In this document: positions 24,749-34,250 of the stretch, piece after piece
How positions within the stretch are numbered: position 1 is the first letter of the stretch
Layout: each line of letters starts with the position of its first letter
From: Armatimonadota bacterium
GTDB lineage: Bacteria; Armatimonadota; Fimbriimonadia; Fimbriimonadales; GBS-DC
Direction of reading: 5' to 3'
DNA: 34,250 bases
Assembly: GCA_037444405.1 (NCBI GenBank)
Contig: JBBIML010000030.1
Coordinates: forward strand, 1-34,250
Made by a program: the position numbers and the translations under genes
Notes under the pieces: generated by a model
Seen by the model: the letters and a program-made list of their open reading frames with translations, nothing else
Told to the model about the DNA's origin: nothing
The model's database searches: none

Positions 24749-25756
24749 ATGGACACCATCCAGCAGCTTCTGGCTCAGGCGCAGGCAGAAATCGAGCGAT
24801 GCAGCTCCACCGCTGAACTGGACGCGGTGGAGTTGCGCTATCTCGGCAAAAAAGGCGCGCTCGGCACGCTCCTGCGCCAGATCGGAAGCCTGCCACCCGA
24901 CCAGCGACCCGCCTTCGGACAGGCGGTCAATCGCGCCCGCGAGCAGATCGAACAGTGGCTCGATGCGCGGCGTGCCGTGCTGACTCGAGCCGAACTGGAG
25001 CAACGCCTGCAAGCCGAGCGCATCGACATCACCCTGCCCGGCATCCCCATCCGCCCCGCACGCCTGCACCCGCTCACGCTCACCATGCGCCGCGTCAAAG
25101 CCGCCCTCATTGGGCTGGGCTTCGAATTCGTCGAAGGTCCCGAGCTGGAGCATTTCCGCTACAACTTCGGCGCACTCAACTACCCCGAAGACCACCCCGC
25201 GATGGACGAGCAGAACTCCTTCCATGTGGGCGACGGCTGGCTGCTGCGCACACAGACCACCGCCATCCAGGGACGCATCTTCGAACAGGTGCAACGCGGG
25301 GAACGCGCCCTGCCCCTGCGAATCGCCATCATCGGGCGCTGCTTCCGCTACGAAAATGTGGACGCCACCCACTCCCACACCTTCCATCAGGTGGACGCCT
25401 TCATGGTAGACGAGGGCGTAAGCATGGCGCATCTGAAGGGCACGCTCACGCAGTTCGCCCGGATGATGTTCGGACAGGATGTGCGCGTGCGATTCCGACC
25501 CGACTACTTCCCCTTCGTGGAGCCGGGCGTCGATTTCGCCATCTCGTGGAAAGGTGGCTGGCTGGAGCTGGGCGGCGCAGGGCTGATCCACCCCAACATC
25601 CTGGAGCAGTACGGCATCGACTCGGAACGCTATTCGGGCTTCGCCTTCGGGCTGGGCATCGAGCGCATCCCGATGCTGCAGTATGGCATCGACGACCTGC
25701 GCCTGTTCCTGGAGAACGACCTGCGCTTCCTGACGCAGTTCCCGCTTCTGGGTTGA
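24749..25756 (+). CDS. pheS: Phenylalanine--tRNA ligase alpha subunit
   Basis: NFGALNYPEDHPA, LLRTQT, DATHSHTFHQVD, FRPDYFPFVEP, GFAFGLGIER. Confidence 0.97.
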   Translation: MDTIQQLLAQAQAEIERCSSTAELDAVELRYLGKKGALGTLLRQIGSLPPDQRPAFGQAVNRAREQIEQWLDARRAVLTRAELEQRLQAERIDITLPGIPIRPARLHPLTLTMRRVKAALIGLGFEFVEGPELEHFRYNFGALNYPEDHPAMDEQNSFHVGDGWLLRTQTTAIQGRIFEQVQRGERALPLRIAIIGRCFRYENVDATHSHTFHQVDAFMVDEGVSMAHLKGTLTQFARMMFGQDVRVRFRPDYFPFVEPGVDFAISWKGGWLELGGAGLIHPNILEQYGIDSERYSGFAFGLGIERIPMLQYGIDDLRLFLENDLRFLTQFPLLG

Positions 25757-25768
25757 GAGGAGCCTGCC

Positions 25769-27859
25769 ATGCGCGTCCCGATCGAGTGGCTGAAGGAGTT
25801 CGTGCAGTTCGACCTGAGCGCGTCGGCGTTAGCCGAACGGCTGACGATGGCGGGGCTGGAAGTGGAAGAGATCGACCCCACGCCCGACGGCGAGGTGCTG
25901 GTGCTGTATATCACGCCCAATCGGGGCGATTGTTTGAGCATTTTTGGCATCGCCCGCGAGGTGGTCGCAATTCTGGGCGACTCGTGCCAGCCGACCCCCC
26001 TGTTTGAACGGCTTAACGCGCTGATTCTGAACCCGCCCGCGCCTGACCCTGGCGAGGTGCCCCAGTATGCAGCGGTGGAGATTCTGGACCCCGACCTGTG
26101 TCCGCGCTATGCGGCGCGGGTGATCAGGGATGTACGCATCGCGCCTTCGCCTGTCAGGGTTCAGCAGCGTCTCCACGCAGCTGGCATGCGCCCCATCAAC
26201 AATATTGTCGACGCCACCAACTATGTGCTGCTGGAGCTGGGTCAGCCGCTGCATGCGTTCGACCTGGACACGCTTCAGGAGCGGCGCATCGTCGTGCGGC
26301 AGGCGCGCGAGGGCGAGCGCATCCAGACGCTGGACGGGCGCGAACACGCCATCAAGCCCCCGATGCTGATGATCTGCGATGCCGTGCGCCCCGTCGCCGT
26401 CGCGGGCGTTATGGGCGGCGCGGAAACGGAAGTTACCCCGCAAACGCGCCATATCCTGATGGAATCGGCGCATTTCAATCCGCTCTCGATTCGGCGTACC
26501 GCCCGCGAGCTGGGACTGCGCACCGAATCGTCCTATCGCTTCGAGCGCTTCGTGGACCCGAATCTGGTGATTGTGGCGCAGGTGCGCGTGTGCGAGCTGA
26601 TTGAGCAGTGGACGGGCGTCGCGGCGGTGGCGGGCGTGCTGGATGCGTATCCGAAGCCGTACCCACCGCGCGAGCTGACCGTGCGGCTCGCACGCGCCGA
26701 AAAGCTGCTGGGCTTTGCGATAGACCCCGCCGAAGCGCAGGCGGTGCTGACCCGACTGAACCTGCGCCCCACCGAGCGCGAAGCGGGCATCTTCACCGTG
26801 CAGGTTCCGTTCTATCGCTATGAAGACCTCAAGCGCGAGGAGGATGTGATTGAGGAGCTGGGGCGCATTCTGGGCTATGAGCGCATCCCCGAATCGCCGC
26901 CCGCAGGGCTGACCACACAGGGCAAAGACAGCCCCGGGGGCGCCTTCGCCGAGCGCGTGCGCACCATTTTGCTCGGCGCAGGTCTGCAGGAGATTGTCAG
27001 CCACACGCTGGAGCCAGCGAACCCGCTGCAGCTTCTGCCGCCTGTCGAACTGCTCAACCCGATGAGCGATGAGCTGCGCTATCTGCGCTCTTCGATTCTA
27101 TCGGGGCTGGTGTTCGCTGCGGACCACAACCGCCGCCATGGGATCGCCGACCTGCATCTGTTCGAAATCGGGCGCGTATTCAGCAGGGGTTCTGATGGCT
27201 ATCAGGAGCGGCTCGCGCTGGGAATCGTGATGACAGGTGCGCTGCATGCGCCTCACTGGACGGGCAAGCCGCGCGAGGCTGACTTCTACGCGCTCAAGGG
27301 CGTGGTGGAGCATCTGCTGACCATGCTGGGCATTCAGGCGGAGTATCTTGACCTATCGTCCCAGCGGGGAGAGGAGGTTCAGGCGGACCCGCGCTTCCAT
27401 CCAGGGCGCATGGCGGATGTGGAAGCGAGCGGCAGGTGGCTGGGACGGCTGGGCGAGCTGCATCCTGAACTCCAGCGCCAGTACGGGTTCCGCCGCCGGG
27501 TTTATCTTGCCGAGTTCGATCTGGAGGCGTTACGCGAGTTGTCCACACACGAGGTGCGCTATCGCCCACTACCGACCCAACCGCCCGTTCTGCGCGATAT
27601 TGCCGTGATTGTGGCGCAGAGCGTGCCCACCGCGCGCCTGTTTACCACCATCTGGCAGGCGGGTGGCGAATGGCTCGAATCGGTGCAACTCTTTGACCGC
27701 TACACGGGCGCGCCAGTGCCCGAAGGCTGCCACAGCCTCGCCTTCTCGCTGGTGTTCCGCCACCCTGAACGCACCCTGACCGACGAAGAGGTCAACGCGC
27801 AGGTGGAGCAGATTTTTGAAGCGCTCCAGCGCGAGCATAACGCCCAGCCCCGCCGCTGA
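25769..27859 (+). CDS. pheT: Phenylalanine--tRNA ligase beta subunit (short form)
   Basis: TPNRGDCLS, INNIVDATNYVLLELGQPLHAFD, SSYRFER, FEIGRVF, ERTLTDEEV. Confidence 0.96.
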   Translation: MRVPIEWLKEFVQFDLSASALAERLTMAGLEVEEIDPTPDGEVLVLYITPNRGDCLSIFGIAREVVAILGDSCQPTPLFERLNALILNPPAPDPGEVPQYAAVEILDPDLCPRYAARVIRDVRIAPSPVRVQQRLHAAGMRPINNIVDATNYVLLELGQPLHAFDLDTLQERRIVVRQAREGERIQTLDGREHAIKPPMLMICDAVRPVAVAGVMGGAETEVTPQTRHILMESAHFNPLSIRRTARELGLRTESSYRFERFVDPNLVIVAQVRVCELIEQWTGVAAVAGVLDAYPKPYPPRELTVRLARAEKLLGFAIDPAEAQAVLTRLNLRPTEREAGIFTVQVPFYRYEDLKREEDVIEELGRILGYERIPESPPAGLTTQGKDSPGGAFAERVRTILLGAGLQEIVSHTLEPANPLQLLPPVELLNPMSDELRYLRSSILSGLVFAADHNRRHGIADLHLFEIGRVFSRGSDGYQERLALGIVMTGALHAPHWTGKPREADFYALKGVVEHLLTMLGIQAEYLDLSSQRGEEVQADPRFHPGRMADVEASGRWLGRLGELHPELQRQYGFRRRVYLAEFDLEALRELSTHEVRYRPLPTQPPVLRDIAVIVAQSVPTARLFTTIWQAGGEWLESVQLFDRYTGAPVPEGCHSLAFSLVFRHPERTLTDEEVNAQVEQIFEALQREHNAQPRR

Positions 27860-28083
27860 CCAGCAGGCGTTTGCGTAGATCGGCAGTCGGATAGAGCCGT
27901 TCATAATAGTTGAACTTCGCTTCCGCCTCGTGCCGAATGGACTCCAGAACTGGTCAAACAGGGCACGACTCGCGCTTCACCAACACGCAGTGCGCCGTCC
28001 TCATCGATTCGCAGCGGTATCGGCGGCGCCTACAACCGTTCCAGCAACTCATTCGGTTTCATCCCGCTTTTATGATGCTCCAT
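27860..28083 (-). pseudogene. DUF433-like (antitoxin-type) gene remnant
   Basis: MEHHKSGMKPNELLERL*APPIPLRIDEDGALRVGEARV (in-frame TAG 28032-28030), then in another frame LESIRHEAEAKFNYYERLYPTADLRKRLL. The central part is missing. Confidence 0.55.
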
Positions 28084-28087
28084 GCGC

Positions 28088-30256
<2,169 letters not shown>

Positions 30257-30341
30257 CCCATGCAAGTCTACCTCACAGGGCGTTCGAAACGCGCGTATGG
30301 GCTGGTATGAACGAGCGCAGCAGGATTGCCGATAATAGGCG

Positions 30342-31103
30342 GTGATGTGGGCGATTGAAGTGCGTGAGCTGGTGGTGGAGTATCGGCAGGCGTTCCGACC
30401 GCCTGTGCGCGCGGTGGATCGCCTCTCGTTCGGGGTGCGCGAGGGCGAGATTGTGGGCTTTCTGGGCGTCAACGGCGCAGGCAAGAGTTCAACCATCAAG
30501 GTGCTGATGGGCTTCCAGCCGCCGACGGCAGGCGAAGTGCGCCTGTTCGGGCAACCCGCGACCGACGCGCGCGCCCGCCAGCTGGTCGGCTTCCTGCCCG
30601 AAACCGCGCTCTACTCGCCCTACCTGACCCCTTACGAGACCATGCGCCTCTACGGCGCCCTGCAGGGGCTAAAGGGGCACAGCCTGAATGCCCAGATCGA
30701 AGCCCTGCTGGAGGCGGTCGGCATCGCCCCTAAAATGCACACCCTCAATCGCCACCTGTCCAAAGGCATGCTCCAGCGGCTCGGTATCGCGCAGGCGCTG
30801 CTCGGCAACCCGAAACTGCTGATTCTGGATGAGGTCTCGTCAGGGCTTGATCCCGTTGGCAGGCGCGAGCTGCGCGATTTACTGCGTCTGCAGCGCGAGT
30901 GGGGCGCCACTATCTTCTTCTCCTCGCACGAGCTGGGCGAGGTCGCCAGCCTGTGCGACCGCATTCTGATTATCCATCGCGGACGCCTCATCGCCGAGCA
31001 TACGCTCAGCGAGCTGAGCGGGCGATTCGAATCGCTGGAGGACTACTTCATCCGCACGGTGCAGCAGGGCGCAGACGCGCTGGTGCAGGAGGTGGCAGCA
31101 TGA
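30342..31103 (+). CDS. ABC transporter ATP-binding protein
   Basis: GVNGAGKSS, LSKGMLQR, LILDEVSSGLDP, FFSSH. Start is GTG 30342 or ATG 30345. Confidence 0.93.
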   Translation: MMWAIEVRELVVEYRQAFRPPVRAVDRLSFGVREGEIVGFLGVNGAGKSSTIKVLMGFQPPTAGEVRLFGQPATDARARQLVGFLPETALYSPYLTPYETMRLYGALQGLKGHSLNAQIEALLEAVGIAPKMHTLNRHLSKGMLQRLGIAQALLGNPKLLILDEVSSGLDPVGRRELRDLLRLQREWGATIFFSSHELGEVASLCDRILIIHRGRLIAEHTLSELSGRFESLEDYFIRTVQQGADALVQEVAA

Positions 31104-31882
31104 GTGTCTCGCTGATTCAGGTCTGTCGTGCGCTGACCGTCGCAGGGCTGCTGGAGACTCTGCGGCGCAAAGACCTCTATGTGGTGCTGATGCTGATGGC
31201 GCTGATGGTGCTGGGCGCGTCGACCTTTCGCGTGTTCGGCGTGCGCGGACTGGAGATTTTTATCAAAGATACCACCTTTCTGGCGATTGGGGTCCTCAGC
31301 ACGGTGCTGACGGTGCTGATAGCGGCGCGTCAGTTGCCCGACGAGGTTCAGCGGCGCACGATTTATCCGCTGCTGGCGCGCCCCATCACACGCGGGCAGC
31401 TGCTGATGGGCAAATGGTTGACCGCGTTCATCACGGCGAGCGCATGCTTTCTGATACTGGCGGGAGCGGCATGGCTGCTGCTCCTGATGCTGGGCGTCCC
31501 GCTCAAGCCTATCTTCGGGCAGTACCTGCTGCTGAAGCTGATCGGCATCGGCTGGCTGTGCGCGCTGGTGGTCGCGCTCTCGGTCTATCTGACCCCTGCG
31601 GCGAATGTGACTCTCAGCCTGATACTGGCGTTCGGGTCGGGGCTGTTCAATCGGCTCCTGCTGATGGCGCACTGGGAGCGCGGGCTGGACGCGCTCTGGC
31701 TCAACTGGCTCTACGGCATTCTGCCCCATTATGACCTCTTCGACATGAGCCAGAAGGTGGTGTACGACTGGAACCCGATTGCCTGGTGGGTGATAGGCGC
31801 GATGGCGGTCTACGCGCTCGGTAGCGGCGGCGCCTATCTGCTGCTGGGCTGGCTGCGGTTTCGCAGGCAGGTGCTGGGGTGA
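31100..31882 (+). CDS. ABC-2 type transporter permease
   Basis: Hydrophobic segments; EVQRRTIYPLLARPITRGQLLMGK motif; ATGA overlap with the ATPase; GGAGG RBS. Confidence 0.88.
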   Translation: MSVSLIQVCRALTVAGLLETLRRKDLYVVLMLMALMVLGASTFRVFGVRGLEIFIKDTTFLAIGVLSTVLTVLIAARQLPDEVQRRTIYPLLARPITRGQLLMGKWLTAFITASACFLILAGAAWLLLLMLGVPLKPIFGQYLLLKLIGIGWLCALVVALSVYLTPAANVTLSLILAFGSGLFNRLLLMAHWERGLDALWLNWLYGILPHYDLFDMSQKVVYDWNPIAWWVIGAMAVYALGSGGAYLLLGWLRFRRQVLG

Positions 31883-31885
31883 GCG

Positions 31886-32746
31886 ATGCGAGCAATAGCG
31901 CTGGCGCTGGTTCCACTGGGTCTGGTTGGGGGCGTCGCGGTGCGGCTCGCGTTGCCCGTGCAGGTTCAGCGTGCCGACACACTGGATGCGCAGACGCTTT
32001 ATGACCGCCATGCGATGGTCTCGGTGATAGGCGAGCTGCGCTCCAGCCTCGCAGGCTATCTCTGGGTCAAGACGGACGAATACACGCATGGCGGGGTGCA
32101 ACTGCGCCCGATGACCGAACGGGAGAAGCGGCTGGGCACCGCGCGGGAAGCCTCCAGCGCGGACGAGGTTTACCACCATGAAGATGAGACCAGCGTCATC
32201 CCCGAACCGGAGCGTGACCCGCGCTGGCTCTGGGGCGACATCGAGCGACAGGTGAAGCCCTTTTTCGATGTGCGCCATCACTTCCATCGCCCTGTGCGCG
32301 AGGTGCTGCCCCTCTATCGCTTCATGACATGGGTCGACCCGACCTTCGTGCAGGGCTATCTGGTCGGAGCGCAGATGATTCTGTTCGATAACAAGCGCAA
32401 CCTGCGCGAGGCGATGGCGTTTTTGAAAGAGGGCGCGCGCCACAACCCGCGCAGTATTGCCCTCTTCACCGAGCTGGGGCGCCACACGCTGGTGCAGCTG
32501 GGCGATGATGCGCAGGCGGAGCGCTACCTTCGGCAAGCGGTTGCGAACGGCGATTGGTGGGCGCGAGCAGGCAACGCTTCGATGATTCTGCAGAACCCGT
32601 TCGAGCGTGAGGGCTGGCGCGACGCCTATCGCTGGCTGGCAATCCTGAAGCATCGCGAGCAGCGGCTCAGTGAACAGCGCGAATGGGCGCGGCGTGGACT
32701 AACTTACTTCCCCGACGACCCCGTGCTGCAACAGCTCGCGCACTAA
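31886..32746 (+). CDS. Membrane-anchored TPR-like protein in the ABC operon
   Basis: N-terminal hydrophobic segment, LWVKTDEYTHGG, helical repeats EAMAFLKEGARHNP / AERYLRQA; starts a few nt after the permease stop. Confidence 0.7.
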   Translation: MRAIALALVPLGLVGGVAVRLALPVQVQRADTLDAQTLYDRHAMVSVIGELRSSLAGYLWVKTDEYTHGGVQLRPMTEREKRLGTAREASSADEVYHHEDETSVIPEPERDPRWLWGDIERQVKPFFDVRHHFHRPVREVLPLYRFMTWVDPTFVQGYLVGAQMILFDNKRNLREAMAFLKEGARHNPRSIALFTELGRHTLVQLGDDAQAERYLRQAVANGDWWARAGNASMILQNPFEREGWRDAYRWLAILKHREQRLSEQREWARRGLTYFPDDPVLQQLAH

Positions 32747-33105
32747 CTGGATGTGGTGGCGTACGTTCGGTGGTTAGTGGGTCGGATAGTAAGGCGGAAG
32801 CTGCTCAGTTGCAAAGGCGGCTGAAGCCGTTTTTGACCCGACAAAGCCAGCCTGCGCTGGCTATGAAGCCGACGGCGGTTCAAAACCCAACTCCGCTCCA
32901 GAACAGCTTCTCTGTCAGGACGAACATAGGTTAGCACAATGTAAACTACCGCATGCAGCCCTGCCAACGGCAGAATAAGAAACCACCCATGTACCCCACT
33001 ACTAACTCCCAATGTGGCTATAATAAATGTTTCTGGTATCCAGGCACAACCTGGCTCCTGCGTTATCCAGTTTATGATTCGCGAACCACAAATCTCTCGC
33101 CGCAT
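32743..33105 (-). pseudogene. Small membrane (immunity-like) gene with 3' part running into a REP-like element
   Basis: GGGAG RBS and ATG 33105; hydrophobic segments FIIATLGV and WFLILPLAGLHAVVYIVLTY; the tail translates through the repeat at 32818-32862. Confidence 0.4.
32818..32862 (-). repeat. REP-like element, same family as 12228-12275
   Basis: Minus strand AGCCAGCGCAGGCTGGCTTTGTcgggtcaaaAACGGCTTCAGCCG; the first 22 nt are identical to 12228-12249. Confidence 0.8.
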
Positions 33106-33128
33106 AGCTCACTCCCATACAGGCAGCT

Positions 33129-33412
33129 CTAAATATTCAGAATATCCAAATCGATAATAGCATGCGACGGGCGCCAATAGTCTTTTCCTCTTTTGTCTTC
33201 AACAATATCCAATCCTCCAGCACCCACAAAGACGCTTCCTATAAAGCCCGTTATGCCTCCTATAACCACTTTGGGAATGCCTACAGGATTGCGAGAACAA
33301 ACCTCTACGAGACCCGTACTCAAGTAGTAGCGCCGATACCGCACACTACGCACAGCAGGAGAGCGGCGCCTCCTAACACACCAAGCCATACCCTGAGACG
33401 AGCGCTTTTCAT
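33129..33412 (-). pseudogene. Fused fragments: truncated signal-anchor gene plus Gly-rich hydrophobic toxin-like tail
   Basis: 33412-33320 encodes MKSARLRVWLGVLGGAALLLCVVCGIGATT*; another frame gives NPVGIPKVVIGGITGFIGSVFVGAGGLDIVED...LNI*. Confidence 0.35.
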
Positions 33413-33442
33413 AGTCTTGTATGCCCCCAGTTCAAACCTTCT

Positions 33443-33856
33443 CTATCTTATTTTGAGTAGGTGAAGCGTCCAAGAATAAACAAAAACATAAATAAAAACA
33501 GAAACTACAATCTGAAACAATAATGAACAGTAAAGTATTAAACGATGAATCCATAATGGAGACCAAGCTCCTGCTTCTACCACCATTAACCAAAAACTTA
33601 GCCCCTGATGCTCCGCCTCGTGAACAACCTCGATGTAGGAGCATCCACGGAGCAAAGGGCGAACACGCTCCATCACGATAATACCCAACTCCAGCCCCTT
33701 TCGCAGTAACCAGCATACGGGAAAACCCCGCAGGAGCAACCATTGATACCACCAGAATCGCTCCAAAGAGTCGAACCAACCCAGATCTTGCCTGTATGCA
33801 GAGAGATCTTCGTCAACTCGTTTTGCCAATTGCTCTACATAACAACTGCGTTGCAT
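33443..33856 (-). CDS. Small low-GC membrane protein, candidate immunity protein
   Basis: 137 aa from ATG 33856, 2 nt after the stop of a toxin-like tail; C-terminal hydrophobic helix; very AT-rich 3' end (13 G+C in 33481-33540). Confidence 0.5.
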   Translation of the reverse strand: MQRSCYVEQLAKRVDEDLSAYRQDLGWFDSLERFWWYQWLLLRGFPVCWLLRKGLELGIIVMERVRPLLRGCSYIEVVHEAEHQGLSFWLMVVEAGAWSPLWIHRLILYCSLLFQIVVSVFIYVFVYSWTLHLLKIR

Positions 33857-33858
33857 AC

Positions 33859-34040
33859 CTACCACCATCGCCAAATCCATGTATCCGTAATCCCACCGTG
33901 AACTTCTACAGGCGCAAGCCCTACTTCAACACCAATACCGAAGCTCCATTCTGAATATCGCCACCAAAGTGCTTATACTCCATCCCTGTGCTGGATGTCT
34001 GGGCGTACATCGCACCACCGTACCCGTAGTATACCCACTC
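33859..34040 (-). pseudogene. Internally deleted Rhs-like remnant (core fragment plus C-terminal tail)
   Basis: 34040-33969 encodes EWVYYGYGGAMYAQTSSTGMEYKH; a different frame at 33948-33859 encodes WSFGIGVEVGLAPVEVHGGITDTWIWRWW*. Confidence 0.5.
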
Positions 34041-34085
34041 ATGTTGAGAGAGCAGACACAACCTGCGCGAAGTTCTCTCTCCTCA

Positions 34086-34250
34086 TCATTGCTTGATGTT
34101 GCTGTCAAGATTTCTAACGATATACATGTGCCAAACAATCCATGCACTGGCAGCTGCACCTATCCCTCCGCCGATGGATGCAATCCACAGACCACTGTGC
34201 ATGACATAGCGGAATGCCTCGCGAATACTGGATTGGTCAAGCCACACATG
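34086..34250 (-). CDS. 3' end of a small membrane protein (partial)
   Basis: Frame is open from the window edge: HVWLDQSSIREAFRYVMHSGLWIASIGGGIGAAASAWIVWHMYIVRNLDSNIKQ*. Confidence 0.5.
   Translation of the reverse strand, partial: HVWLDQSSIREAFRYVMHSGLWIASIGGGIGAAASAWIVWHMYIVRNLDSNIKQ

Noticed and set aside
30257..30499. Extended copA start (803 aa) and a CsoR-like operator in the divergent gap
   Set aside because: The extension overlaps the ABC ATPase antisense and the HMA domain starts at ATG 30256; no clear operator palindrome seen.

Overview
GC-rich bacterial chromosomal window. The gene set and style suggest Armatimonadota; this is inference only. Housekeeping and metabolic genes: beta-carbonic-anhydrase-like protein, GH78 alpha-L-rhamnosidase, a polytopic membrane protein, an orphan amino-methyltransferase, sufC-sufB, a rhodanese-type sulfurtransferase, FadN-type 3-hydroxyacyl-CoA dehydrogenase, a two-domain peroxiredoxin/thioredoxin, a CDF transporter, stand-alone nuoF, valS, a degenerate GH10-like protein, infC-rpmI-rplT-pheS-pheT, copA, and an ABC ATPase/permease/TPR-like operon. 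Highlights: (1) SufB carries two related full-length LAGLIDADG inteins. (2) A lower-GC two-gene cassette (frameshifted HExxH metallopeptidase-like gene plus HsdR-N-like PD-(D/E)xK nuclease) sits between sufB and the rhodanese and is a candidate protease+nuclease defence module. (3) The sufC and rhodanese promoters share architecture and a TTTAG-N5-CTAA palindrome. (4) A nested mosaic of REP-like palindromes has family members elsewhere in the window. (5) Decayed Rhs-like toxin/immunity remnants occur at both ends. (6) Smaller oddities: a DUF433-like pseudogene, an in-frame palindromic insertion in copA, an AUC start and long rpmI overlap for infC, and several apparently leaderless genes. No rRNA, tRNA or CRISPR array was seen.
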